DNA from: a virus
Lineage: Duplodnaviria > Caudoviricetes
Virus record (IMG/VR): IMGVR_UViG_2639762835_000002
Length of the DNA: 64,000 nucleotides
Direction: 5' to 3' (one strand)
The position numbers were made by a program, and so were the translations under genes. Positions 17,856 through 26,949 of this stretch are shown one piece after another. Position 1 is the stretch's first letter, and every line of letters begins with the position of its first letter. The notes under the pieces are model-generated. The model had not been told where the DNA came from, ran no database searches, and saw only the letters and a list, made by a program, of their open reading frames with translations.

Positions 17856-20238
17856 CTGCTCTTTCCTCAATCGCTAGTGCTTTGATGTGTGGCTTCATAC
17901 TGGGCAGGAACTCCCGTACCTCTTCGGGTAATGGGGGAGTGATGGCGGCATCCGTCACCCAATCGATAGACTTGTGCAGTTCGTTAAAGGCAATCTCGAA
18001 GTCAGCATCCGACAAATCGTTCCCAAACGCCAGACTCCCTCGAGTCAGGGCAGCGCTGCGCACTCGCATTCTCAGCTGTTCCTGGCGTAAAGCCTCTGCA
18101 TCGGCAAAGGCTTTTTCAACCTCAGCCTCCACTGGTGTCAGCATTTCCTTGCTGCAGTGTCCCGGCGCACTGGTTGCCCCTGGCCAGTTGCGGCTCACAA
18201 TCAGCCGATCGCCGACCAGGCGTACATACTGACCTCCGGCGTTGATGATGCTGCCGTGCTGCAACAGTGCGGCGTTGCTTTCATCAAGACCCATTCGGTT
18301 CAATTCCTTAGCCAGAGCGGATCCTTGAACCCCCGATTTGGATCCTTTCGTACAGTTATTGACAGAACTCCAAGGGGCGCAGCTGCCGCTGCTCAAGGGC
18401 AACTCGCTGCGCTCGCCTACGGCATGCTCGCGCTGCTCGCCCAAACCCGGCACTGCCCCCCCCTTGCGCACTATTTGCCAGCCTTCGGTACGGGTGACGG
18501 CCGTGGTCATGCCGATGTCGGTGATCAGCCCCAGCAGCTTGAGAACGTCTTCGCCGTATTTGTTGGCGGCTTCGTCCAGCCGCTTGGAGAGGCGGATCAG
18601 GTGTTCTTTACGGGGAGCATCGATGCCCCCCATGGCCTTGATGAAGTCGCCCCAGCGGTTGTGGTCAGCAGCGTGGCGGGCGGCTTCCAGCACGCAGTCC
18701 CACTCGATCACCTCGTCACCCAAGCGGCGCAGCTCGCGCCACACGCTCACGGCAGGGCCGCCGATCTGCTGGAACTGGCGGATGCGCCAGCAGCTGGCCC
18801 AGGCGGCCACGGCGATAGTGGTGTGGTCAATGGGGGCTTCGGCCTCGTAGTCCATCCCCACCTTGTGGCCGTCGATATTCTTGGCGATGTACTTGGCGAT
18901 ATAGCCAGTTGCGCTCCCCTCACTCTCGTCGATGAACTTCCAGTTCACCCTTGGGTTGATGGCCTTGACGACAGCCTTGTCGTTCACATCCAGCAGCCAC
19001 TTGATGCGAGGCATCTTGTTACGGGTTGTCATCTTGGCTAGGTGGTCGAGCTGGCCGCCGTTTGGCATCTTCAGTTCGCTACGATCGGTATCGGTGAAGT
19101 GATAGGTGAGCAGGGTCAGGAAGTCGCGCTGATGCTCTGGGTTGATGAACAGCAGGCAATGCCAGTGAGGGGTACCGTCGTGGTGTGGCTCCACCACCCG
19201 AAATCCGAAAGCCATGATCCCCTCGCGTGCCAGCGCGGCCCGAAAGCGGGCCCACTGTTTGCACAGCAGGCGGTTGGTGATGGTTGGGGTGCTACCGTTG
19301 AACCCCTCATTCTGATAGGTCTTTGAGCTGTCTTTGCTGCCCTGGCGCCAGGCGTGATAGCTGGAGGGAGCAGTCAGGGTCAGAAACAGGCCCAGTTTGC
19401 CCTGTTCCTGCGCCATATCCTCAAAGCCCCGCATGCGCACCATCAGCTCATGACGGCGGATCTCGGGGTTGGCCACGGATGCCATGATTGCGTCAGCCAG
19501 ATCGATCTCTTGCCCCAGCTCCTCGTTGACGGCGCTCATGCCCTCCATCCATGCCCGCTGGGCCGCCTTGCGCTGGGTGAACTCTCGCACCGCGTGGGAG
19601 CTGGCGTAGGGGCTGACCCCCTTGCGCACCTGCCCGGTGAGGATGGCGATCAGCTCGCAGTAAACTGCCCAGGCGCGGTTGATTTTGCGCCGCCACCAGG
19701 ACTCATCAAGCAGGCGTATCAGCAGACTGGCGGCGGCCCCTTCGAACTGTTCCACCTCGCCGGCCAAGTCGTCTCGTTCTTTCTGGTTCAATGGGCGGCA
19801 CAGCAAGCGCTCGACCTTGGTGCGGGGGTGGACCGGCAGGGAGGGGCAGAAATGCCACGCTTTCGCCTGTGAGCCCAGATCGGTCAGCAGCTCGGCGGCG
19901 GTGCGCTCGTTGCCCGCCGTTGTCATTAACTGTTGGCAGCGGCGGGCCCACTCGGCGGCGACCAGTTCGCGGCGCACATCGTTGCGCAGGTCGACAACCG
20001 GGATCGGGAAGCGGGCCGCTGCAGCGGCGCACACTTCAACGATACGGCGCAACCAGACATTGGCGGTCTTGGGGTTAGCGGGATAGCGGTGCAGGTAGGT
20101 TCTGGCCAGCGGCTTGGCAACGTGCCATTCGACACGGGCTAACTGCTCGGCAGCGCCTGACATGTTGATGGCATGGTGGCCCACCAGGTAGTGCTGAGGC
20201 AGCTGGATGCCCTGCAGGTTGGTGATTGCGTCATTCAT
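17845..20238 (-). CDS. A: Replication endonuclease gpA (rolling-circle initiator)
   Basis: TLTAPSSYH, RVVEPHHDGTPHWH, GYIAKYIAKNIDG, RQFQQIGG. Confidence 0.96.
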   Translation of the reverse strand: MNDAITNLQGIQLPQHYLVGHHAINMSGAAEQLARVEWHVAKPLARTYLHRYPANPKTANVWLRRIVEVCAAAAARFPIPVVDLRNDVRRELVAAEWARRCQQLMTTAGNERTAAELLTDLGSQAKAWHFCPSLPVHPRTKVERLLCRPLNQKERDDLAGEVEQFEGAAASLLIRLLDESWWRRKINRAWAVYCELIAILTGQVRKGVSPYASSHAVREFTQRKAAQRAWMEGMSAVNEELGQEIDLADAIMASVANPEIRRHELMVRMRGFEDMAQEQGKLGLFLTLTAPSSYHAWRQGSKDSSKTYQNEGFNGSTPTITNRLLCKQWARFRAALAREGIMAFGFRVVEPHHDGTPHWHCLLFINPEHQRDFLTLLTYHFTDTDRSELKMPNGGQLDHLAKMTTRNKMPRIKWLLDVNDKAVVKAINPRVNWKFIDESEGSATGYIAKYIAKNIDGHKVGMDYEAEAPIDHTTIAVAAWASCWRIRQFQQIGGPAVSVWRELRRLGDEVIEWDCVLEAARHAADHNRWGDFIKAMGGIDAPRKEHLIRLSKRLDEAANKYGEDVLKLLGLITDIGMTTAVTRTEGWQIVRKGGAVPGLGEQREHAVGERSELPLSSGSCAPWSSVNNCTKGSKSGVQGSALAKELNRMGLDESNAALLQHGSIINAGGQYVRLVGDRLIVSRNWPGATSAPGHCSKEMLTPVEAEVEKAFADAEALRQEQLRMRVRSAALTRGSLAFGNDLSDADFEIAFNELHKSIDWVTDAAITPPLPEEVREFLPSMKPHIKALAIEERADEQ

Positions 20239-21815
20239 GCAGCCACCTCCTGCGCATCTGCGCACATCTCTGGCAGGTTGGCGCGCACCAAGGCGGCAGC
20301 CAGTGGCGGGCACACGGCATTACCACAGCGGGCAACCTGCGCGGTCTTGGTGAACTTCTTGCCGTTGGCATCGTGGGCGATCACGTAGTCAGCAGGGAAA
20401 CCCTGAGCCGCAAACAACTCATGGGGCTCCAGCATCCGCATCCCGATATCGACGATCTGGTAATCCTCGCCGCGCACGGTCACCAGGCCGAACCGGTGTT
20501 TGGTGGTGACAGTTTGCAGTGGCTCATCAGCGGCATGGCCGATATTGGTGCCGTAATACTTGAGCAGGAAGGCCCGCACCTCGCCGATATGCAGCCCGCC
20601 AGCGGTGACGGTGGGCATGGGCTCGGTCACCGGCTGGCCGTGCTGGCAGGTGCCGCGTAGCTTAATCAGGTGGCTGGTGACCAGCGCGTTGTGGTCAACG
20701 GTGGTCACGGTCGGCAGCGGCTGGGTCAGCTCTGCCCCCACGACGCCGGTGTAGTGCTTGGCCAGGAACGCGGTCACCAGCTGGCTCTTATCGGCCTTGG
20801 CCATCACCGTCCCCAGCGGGTCTTCCACCGATTGACCAACCGAGTTACCGAACTGCCGGGCGATTACTGGCGCTACTAGAGCGAAGTGACCACCCTTCAC
20901 CTCTGCGCAGATGGTACGCAGAAGCTCATCAGCTGGCATATTGCGCTGATGGCTGGCGTTGGCATGTTCAGTGATGAAGGGGGCAAGTGCTGAGTTCCGG
21001 CCAATTGGCACGATGAATGGTTCGGCAGCATTGATGACGAACCTCTCCAGCCCCTTGGCAATCCGGCGCAATGTGTTCTCAGCCAGTGGCCGCTTGCGCT
21101 CGAATATCGAGGGGCACGGGATCGACCAGTCGATGATGTCAGCAGCAGTAGGCCACGGCAGCAGCTTGCCCGCCTTCACTTCGATACTGCCGGGGGCGCA
21201 GTGGGTCGGCTTGGGCCACACGATGGCGGCGCCATCCCGGCGGGCGATCAGAAACAGGCGCTTGCGGATGGTCGGGGTTCCGTAGTCACAGGCGCGCAGC
21301 TCGCGCCATTCCACCTTGTAACCTTGGCGGCGCAGGGCATTGATGAAGCTGTTGAAGGTGCGGCCCTTCTTGGCCGGGTCTGGGCGGGAGTTGCCATCAT
21401 TGTCGATCAGCAAAGGCCCCCAGGTCTGAAACTCCTCGACGTTCTCCAGCATGATCACCCGGGGGCGAATCTGGGCAGCCCAGCGCAGGGCAACCCATGC
21501 CAAGCCCCGGATCTTCTTGCTGACCGGGGTTGAACCCTTGGCCTTGGAGAAGTGCTTGCAGTCAGGCGACAGCCAGACCAGCCCGACAGGGCGACCAGCT
21601 ACCACGTCACGCGGCACGATGTCCCACACCGATTCGCAATAGTGCTCAGTGCTGGGGTGGTTGACGGTGTGCATGGCGATCGCATCCGGGTCGTGGTTGA
21701 TGGCGATTTCAGGGCTACGGCCCAGCGCCATTTCGATCCCGGTAGAGGCCCCGCCGCCGCCGGCAAAGTTGTCGACCACGATCTCGTTGAAGAGGTTGAA
21801 GTTATGCTCTTTCAT
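20235..21815 (-). CDS. Phage DNA cytosine-5 methyltransferase
   Basis: DNFAGGGG, SPDCKHFS, MLENVEEF, RKRLF, CGNAV. Confidence 0.93.
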   Translation of the reverse strand: MKEHNFNLFNEIVVDNFAGGGGASTGIEMALGRSPEIAINHDPDAIAMHTVNHPSTEHYCESVWDIVPRDVVAGRPVGLVWLSPDCKHFSKAKGSTPVSKKIRGLAWVALRWAAQIRPRVIMLENVEEFQTWGPLLIDNDGNSRPDPAKKGRTFNSFINALRRQGYKVEWRELRACDYGTPTIRKRLFLIARRDGAAIVWPKPTHCAPGSIEVKAGKLLPWPTAADIIDWSIPCPSIFERKRPLAENTLRRIAKGLERFVINAAEPFIVPIGRNSALAPFITEHANASHQRNMPADELLRTICAEVKGGHFALVAPVIARQFGNSVGQSVEDPLGTVMAKADKSQLVTAFLAKHYTGVVGAELTQPLPTVTTVDHNALVTSHLIKLRGTCQHGQPVTEPMPTVTAGGLHIGEVRAFLLKYYGTNIGHAADEPLQTVTTKHRFGLVTVRGEDYQIVDIGMRMLEPHELFAAQGFPADYVIAHDANGKKFTKTAQVARCGNAVCPPLAAALVRANLPEMCADAQEVAA

Positions 21816-22249
21816 TTGCACACCCCGCATTTGCCAACTGTGTATTCGTTCGGTTGCAGGTAGCGGCCGCACTGGGTGCAGGTCGGTACCATGTCGAGGG
21901 TTGCCAGACGATCAGACCAGCAGGTGGTCTCGCAGAAAAACAGACTGGTCATGCGGCCGCCGGACAGGATGACTGGGCGTACATGGCTGAACTCGCCGCA
22001 GCAACTGCAGAGCATCGAGGGACGAGCAGCAGGGTCAGCCTTCACCAGGGTTTCACTGGCAGCGCGGGCCAGCGGCCAGCAGCGCTCGACGCAATAGGGA
22101 TAAGATCGACGACCGTGGCGGCCAGCTACCGGCATGCACACGGCGGGCTGTTTGCACTTGGTGCAGGGCTCCAGCGTGACGGGATTGCTGTTTGCAGGGC
22201 GCACGAAGCCCAAAGCCGGGGCAAGCCCGGCTGGTATTGGATGGGTCAT
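21812..22249 (-). CDS. Cys-rich hypothetical protein
   Basis: Repeated CxxC / CxxxC motifs; overlapping start and stop codons with its neighbours. Confidence 0.65.
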   Translation of the reverse strand: MTHPIPAGLAPALGFVRPANSNPVTLEPCTKCKQPAVCMPVAGRHGRRSYPYCVERCWPLARAASETLVKADPAARPSMLCSCCGEFSHVRPVILSGGRMTSLFFCETTCWSDRLATLDMVPTCTQCGRYLQPNEYTVGKCGVCK

Positions 22250-22470
22250 TAGATGGCGCCTCCGGCATAGAGGGACTGGATTTTGCGTGATGCCTGGCGG
22301 GCTGCGAGGCGGGTTTGACGGCACAGGGTCAGATGGGTTCTGGCCGGAGTGCGCTGGCCGTGGGGGCCATCTTTGCGCAGGTCCAGCAGGTCGAGCTGCA
22401 GGCCGTGCAGGCTGGCCTCGGCGGACAGCATGTTGGTGACCCATTGGTCGATGACTTGTTGGTGGCTCAT
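22249..22470 (-). CDS. Hypothetical early protein
   Basis: Translationally coupled ORF in the early operon. Confidence 0.6.
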   Translation of the reverse strand: MSHQQVIDQWVTNMLSAEASLHGLQLDLLDLRKDGPHGQRTPARTHLTLCRQTRLAARQASRKIQSLYAGGAI

Positions 22471-22784
22471 TTGATGGTCTCCCCCAGGCCGTGTAGCGGT
22501 TCGCAGTCTGCCCACCACTCAGCGATCTCATTTGCCAGTGCCAGCTCGACGTTGGCGGTGGCCAGCCAGTACACGGCGCGGATGGCGCCCAGTGCCAGCA
22601 GCTCCTTGGTCACGTTGCGGTTGCGCTTGGCATCGCTGCCCGAGCTGGCGAACTCATCGACGGCAGCCTCCCAGTGTTTGGTCAGCTGGCTGACCGGTGC
22701 CGGTGGCTGCATATGGGCAGGGCCCGCCTCGGTGGTGCCCAGTGCGTCTTGTGGGGCTTCGAGTTCAAACAGGTCGACAGTCAT
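22467..22784 (-). CDS. Conserved hypothetical early protein
   Basis: LLALGAIRAVYWLA...WWADCEPLHG; homologous to 56136-56591. Confidence 0.75.
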   Translation of the reverse strand: MTVDLFELEAPQDALGTTEAGPAHMQPPAPVSQLTKHWEAAVDEFASSGSDAKRNRNVTKELLALGAIRAVYWLATANVELALANEIAEWWADCEPLHGLGETIK

Positions 22785-22966
22785 ACCCGTTCCCCTTTGG
22801 TGTTTAGGCATAACCAAAGTGAGCGCCAGGCATGGGCATTGACGGCATTAACCTGTGCTGCTTTATCGTCGGGTCGTTTAATGTGACGGCGACCAGCGGT
22901 GTGGGCCAGCAGGCTGTTGAGCGCCTTCACATTGCGTAGTGCGGTGGGAATCGCTACAGTTCGCAT
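22781..22966 (-). CDS. Small hypothetical early protein
   Basis: MRTVAIPTALRN resembles MATLAIPCALRN at 56851-57039. Confidence 0.6.
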   Translation of the reverse strand: MRTVAIPTALRNVKALNSLLAHTAGRRHIKRPDDKAAQVNAVNAHAWRSLWLCLNTKGERV

Positions 22967-23028
22967 ATCAGTTACCTCAGTTGCTGATGGAAACCCCGCT
23001 GGTGTTGGCGCACCAATAGCGGGGTTTT

Positions 23029-23472
23029 TTATTGCCCGTTTCCGGGCACCTTTCTCATTACCGCGATGCGGCTTTCCAATATGCCGGCCTGCTCGTTGAG
23101 CTCGGCCCGGCGCTTGTTCTCGTGCTCTACCTGTTCCCGCTCGCTGCGGGCTGGCCCCTCAATGCGGCGGGTGGAGCGGTGCCACTCACGGCGGTGCAGC
23201 ACGCCCCCATCGAATTCGTGCAACGTGGTCAGCAGTTCGCCCAGGGCGAGGCGGATCGCCTCCTGCTGGTCAAAGTCGAACTGGTCCAGCTCCTGCCCGG
23301 CGACGGTGGTTGATAGCCCGGCCGCATAACAGATGACTGCCCGGGACTTGGCCGGCAGGCGTGACCAACGGCTGGCCGCCCCATTGCGGCCAAACTGGGC
23401 GCGCATGTCTGCCAGTGCCACGTCGGCGGCGCAGGGTTGCTGAACGAGCTCGAAAATCTGTGCTGTGTTCAT
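23029..23472 (-). CDS. P2-family early protein
   Basis: Similar to 57105-57557 (ICxxA...EAIRLA). Confidence 0.7.
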   Translation of the reverse strand: MNTAQIFELVQQPCAADVALADMRAQFGRNGAASRWSRLPAKSRAVICYAAGLSTTVAGQELDQFDFDQQEAIRLALGELLTTLHEFDGGVLHRREWHRSTRRIEGPARSEREQVEHENKRRAELNEQAGILESRIAVMRKVPGNGQ

Positions 23473-23487
23473 GGGGTGGCCCTCCGG

Positions 23488-23706
23488 TTATGCCTGCAGC
23501 AGCTGGGTCAGCCAGTGCGGGCTGGGTTGTTGGCGTGGCTGGAAGCGCAGGGCACCACGGCGGCCCTGGCTGTCTTCCAGATAACTGCCATCAAAGCGGG
23601 TGGTGTTGCGCATGACCGGCTCGGCCTGCTCGCCCACGACCACGGCGCGGTTAAACAGCAGGGTGGGCAGCGGGATCAGACCCGACTGCTCGGCGCGAAG
23701 CTTCAT
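23488..23706 (-). CDS. Hypothetical early protein
   Basis: Coupled to the ogr stop codon. Confidence 0.55.
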   Translation of the reverse strand: MKLRAEQSGLIPLPTLLFNRAVVVGEQAEPVMRNTTRFDGSYLEDSQGRRGALRFQPRQQPSPHWLTQLLQA

Positions 23707-23960
23707 GCTGGCTCCTTGAGCTGGACGCTCTTTGACATGTGGGTGCCGTTCTTTCCCACGCCCTTGCAGGTCGGCAGCACGATGGCCGGATTTGGCATGG
23801 CTGATGGGCTGATAGTGCCGACAATCTCAAACGCGGCCTTGAAGGTATGCCCGCAGTCGACATTGCTGCAGGCGTAAAAGGCATGGCCTGTCAGCACGCT
23901 CATGCGGGTGGAAGTACGGGTGCTGGCACGGGCGCCGCAGTGGGGGCAAATCAATCTCAT
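23703..23960 (-). CDS. ogr: Ogr/Delta zinc-finger late-gene activator
   Basis: CPHC...RTS...CSNVDCGHTF...ISPSAMPNP. Confidence 0.9.
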   Translation of the reverse strand: MRLICPHCGARASTRTSTRMSVLTGHAFYACSNVDCGHTFKAAFEIVGTISPSAMPNPAIVLPTCKGVGKNGTHMSKSVQLKEPA

Positions 23961-23971
23961 GGTCTGGTCTC

Positions 23972-24487
23972 CTATGCGCCGAGGGCTGCGCGGGCCATAT
24001 CGGCAGCACACGCAAGACCAGGGACGGCGTGAAAGCGGTCTTCGACTTCGGTTGCCAGCAGCACAAGGTGCTCGATGCCAGCCCACAAGCCGCCGACTAC
24101 GGTGTTTCTGTTGGATTTGGTGACGCGGTCACCGGCGAGGATGGTGGTTGCCTGGGCGGTGACGCCCATGATCTGGGCGCCTGCATTGAGCGACCGCATG
24201 GCTCGGGCCTCTGGGGCGCTGGCTGTGCCGGCAGGGAGACGAACGGCAGTCAGGCCGCAATCAAACAGCAGGCCATCAAACAGGGTGTCGTTGCCGGTGG
24301 CGTGGTAGAGGGCGATCAAGTCTTGGGCAGTCAGGTTGTGCCGTTCACACGCCGGGTTGAACTTGTTGTGCAGCACATGGCTAGACATGCCGATGTCTTC
24401 CGCCAGCTGGCTGATGTTGTGCGCCTGTTTGAACAAGTCGCAGGCCACGGCAAAATGGCTGTGTGAGTGAGTGCGTTGGTTTGACAC
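23972..24487 (-). CDS. cII: Phage 186-type CII regulator
   Basis: LHNKFNP...HNLT...TLFDGLL; synteny. Confidence 0.88.
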   Translation of the reverse strand: MSNQRTHSHSHFAVACDLFKQAHNISQLAEDIGMSSHVLHNKFNPACERHNLTAQDLIALYHATGNDTLFDGLLFDCGLTAVRLPAGTASAPEARAMRSLNAGAQIMGVTAQATTILAGDRVTKSNRNTVVGGLWAGIEHLVLLATEVEDRFHAVPGLACAADMARAALGA

Positions 24488-24520
24488 TTTATCCCCTTGT
24501 GCTCAATCGCTACCGTTAGG

Positions 24521-24934
24521 TCAGGCAGCGGCACGTTGCGCTGACTTTTTGGTAGCGGCTTTGGCTACGCGGTGACTGGAGTTCTCATGCACAAACTTGA
24601 AGTAGTTCGATGGCTCCTTGGTCATTTCGCGCCAGCGCTGCAGGTTGACCCACGGCTTGTCGCCAGCGCGCAGCTTGGGAACGATGGGCAAACGGCCATC
24701 GCTGATCATGTCTTGCGCAGTGCGCAGGGGGAGGTCGAACTTGAGTTCGTCCCGCAGCATGGTGAGGAAGGCGTCCAGCGGGATGGCTGGCAGCATGGAG
24801 AGCGAAAGGCTCTGTTTGATGGTTGCCAGTTGGCGCAGCACTTCAGCCAGCGGGTCAACTTGCGGTTGAGCGTTGTCACCTAAGGGTGCGTCTTGCGCCC
24901 CATTAGGCTGTTTTTTGGTATCACGTTGCGCCAT
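24521..24934 (-). CDS. cox: Cox/Apl-like excisionase and repressor
   Basis: GRLPI...PWVNL motif; divergent from cI. Confidence 0.7.
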   Translation of the reverse strand: MAQRDTKKQPNGAQDAPLGDNAQPQVDPLAEVLRQLATIKQSLSLSMLPAIPLDAFLTMLRDELKFDLPLRTAQDMISDGRLPIVPKLRAGDKPWVNLQRWREMTKEPSNYFKFVHENSSHRVAKAATKKSAQRAAA

Positions 24935-25088
24935 ACTGCGTCCTTATCTCTCTTTTTATTACCTTTCAATGCGTTGAAACTCTTGATTTGCGATCTGTAG
25001 GTTTCAACGGGACTTGTGGGGTGAGAATATACGGCTGCGCGACATTGCGCAACCGAAAGATCTCGAAACGACCTGAGGCTTTTGTTTT

Positions 25089-25841
25089 ATGGAGATACTT
25101 AACGGGACTGCGTTTGACATGAAAGGGTTTGCGAAGCGAATGGAAGCTCTGATAGGCAGAGAGAGCTATAAGTCGTTTGCGCGCAGGGTAGGGGTCAGTG
25201 ATGCGGTTTTACGCAAGTATGTGACTGGCGAAACTATGCCTTCTGTTGGCCAGGTTTCTCAAATCTGTGGCCACGAGCCTCGGCTGTTTCTGTGGCTCTG
25301 CCTGGGTCTAGGTGAACAACCTGAACAGGTGACCGTGCTTCCTGAAGTCCCGCTCTATGCCCGGCCTGGTCATCAAGAAGAGCTCTCCGTTGGCGAAGCG
25401 TCAGCCAGCATCGACAACAGGATGCAGGATTACACCCTGGTCGACTGCTATCAGGTGTTTGCCTCTGCCGGGTTTGGGGCGACCGTCTCCGACGAACTGA
25501 AAACCGATCCCATGGCGTTTCGCACTGACTGGCTCAAGAAAGAGGGGCTGGCACCGGAACGGCTGGCGGTCATCCGTGCCAAGGGCGACAGTATGGAGCC
25601 CACCATCAGTAACAACGACATCATCCTGGTGAGCCTGTGCAACGGCGAAGCCCTGCGCGATGGCCTCTATGTGCTGCGCATCGGAGACAGCCTGCTGGTC
25701 AAACGCCTGCAATTCGATGTACTCGGCGGGATCAAAGTCATTTCAGATAATCCCGGCTATGAAACCCAGGTGGTGACTAAGGACCAGCGGGCCGATGTGC
25801 ATATCGTTGGCCGCGTGGCGTGGGCAGGTAAGAAGTTTTAA
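25089..25841 (+). CDS. cI: CI repressor, HTH + S24 autopeptidase
   Basis: ASAG cleavage site, KGDSMEP, LVKRL. Confidence 0.9.
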   Translation: MEILNGTAFDMKGFAKRMEALIGRESYKSFARRVGVSDAVLRKYVTGETMPSVGQVSQICGHEPRLFLWLCLGLGEQPEQVTVLPEVPLYARPGHQEELSVGEASASIDNRMQDYTLVDCYQVFASAGFGATVSDELKTDPMAFRTDWLKKEGLAPERLAVIRAKGDSMEPTISNNDIILVSLCNGEALRDGLYVLRIGDSLLVKRLQFDVLGGIKVISDNPGYETQVVTKDQRADVHIVGRVAWAGKKF

Positions 25842-25919
25842 TGCATTATGACGATAGCCAGAACAGCAGCTGCATATCGTGGGTGGTGTGAAGATAATCA
25901 GAAGATCAAGGCGACTTTT

Positions 25920-26306
25920 ATGTCAAAAAACATGATGTCAGATGCACTCAAGATTCGATTTGAAAAGATAACTCCTAAGGTTATCGCCGAGTACTTCTCT
26001 GATAAGGGGTTCAAACCTAAATGCTCGCAATGTGGAGCAACGAATTATGTTGCAACAACATACGAGTCTTCAGACACTGGGGTCGATGGCAGACACCATA
26101 GAATACTTGAAGCTTTTGAATGGGGTGGCGTAAACACAGAACCGCCAACTCAGCTTAAAGTCTATCCATTGATTTGCCGGAATTGCGGTACAATTTGGAA
26201 CATTGATGCCTTTCGCATTCTGGAATGGAAGGAAATCTCTGACGGGATTGAAGTTGATTCCAACGAGAGTCATGTTCTAGATGAGGATGCAGAAGAACAT
26301 GAGTAA
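25920..26306 (+). CDS. Hypothetical Zn-ribbon protein (start may be 25848)
   Basis: CSQC...CRNC; lower GC; lies between cI and int. Confidence 0.7.
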   Translation: MSKNMMSDALKIRFEKITPKVIAEYFSDKGFKPKCSQCGATNYVATTYESSDTGVDGRHHRILEAFEWGGVNTEPPTQLKVYPLICRNCGTIWNIDAFRILEWKEISDGIEVDSNESHVLDEDAEEHE

Positions 26307-26892
26307 TCAAGACGCAATCCCCATTAGTCAGGCACGCAGGCCGACTATAAGAGCCGTTGATGATATCCCCAACAATGATGGCAATGGTGGTGGAGGAGGA
26401 GGAGGAATGCTAGAAGCTCGTGTTGCTCGTCTTGAGTCTGGTGTTGAGCACATCATGAAGGATATGGTCGACGTCAAAGACTCGGTGAAAGTCCTGATGG
26501 CCGATACAACAGATATCAAGATCCGGCTGGAAAAGATGGCTGGACGACAGGATCTCTTTGAGTCAAAGCTCGATGCGATGGACAAGAAGATCGATACCAA
26601 GCTCGATGCGATGGACAAGAAGTTCGATAGCAAGCTCGATGCGATGGACAAGAAGTTCGATAGCAAGTTCGAAGCCATGGACAAGAAGTTCGATAGCAAG
26701 TTCGAAGCCATGGACAAGAAGTTCGATGCAAAGTTTGACACTACAGACAAGAAGTTTGACGGGCTCGACAAGAAATTTGCCACCAAGGAAGACCTTCAAG
26801 CTGCGCTGCACAGCCAGACCAAATGGCTAATCGTAACCATGCTTGCCCTTGTGGCCGGTGTCATAGGCTTTCTGAAGTTCGTTGGGGTATAA
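26299..26892 (+). CDS. Coiled-coil repeat protein with a C-terminal TM anchor (DUF1640/Bdr-like)
   Basis: Poly-Gly, LEARVARLE, 11-aa repeats, FATKEDL, C-terminal TM helix. Confidence 0.75.
   Translation: MSNQDAIPISQARRPTIRAVDDIPNNDGNGGGGGGGMLEARVARLESGVEHIMKDMVDVKDSVKVLMADTTDIKIRLEKMAGRQDLFESKLDAMDKKIDTKLDAMDKKFDSKLDAMDKKFDSKFEAMDKKFDSKFEAMDKKFDAKFDTTDKKFDGLDKKFATKEDLQAALHSQTKWLIVTMLALVAGVIGFLKFVGV
26566..26778 (+). repeat. Intragenic 33-bp tandem repeat (5 full units plus degenerate units)
   Basis: AAGCTCGATGCGATGGACAAGAAGTTCGATAGC units encoding KLDAMDKKFDS. Confidence 0.95.
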
Positions 26893-26901
26893 CCCATATT
26901 C

Positions 26902-26923
26902 AAAAGGCGCTAGGCGCCTTTTT
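26902..26923. terminator. Intrinsic terminator before int
   Basis: AAAAGGCGC-tag-GCGCCTTTTT. Confidence 0.75.
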
Positions 26924-26949
26924 CATTTCATCTGCTCCATTAAGCTCTT

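Noticed and set aside
26566-26778. 33-bp repeats as a CRISPR array
   Set aside because: The units are head-to-tail with no spacers, stay in frame within a CDS, and no cas genes are present
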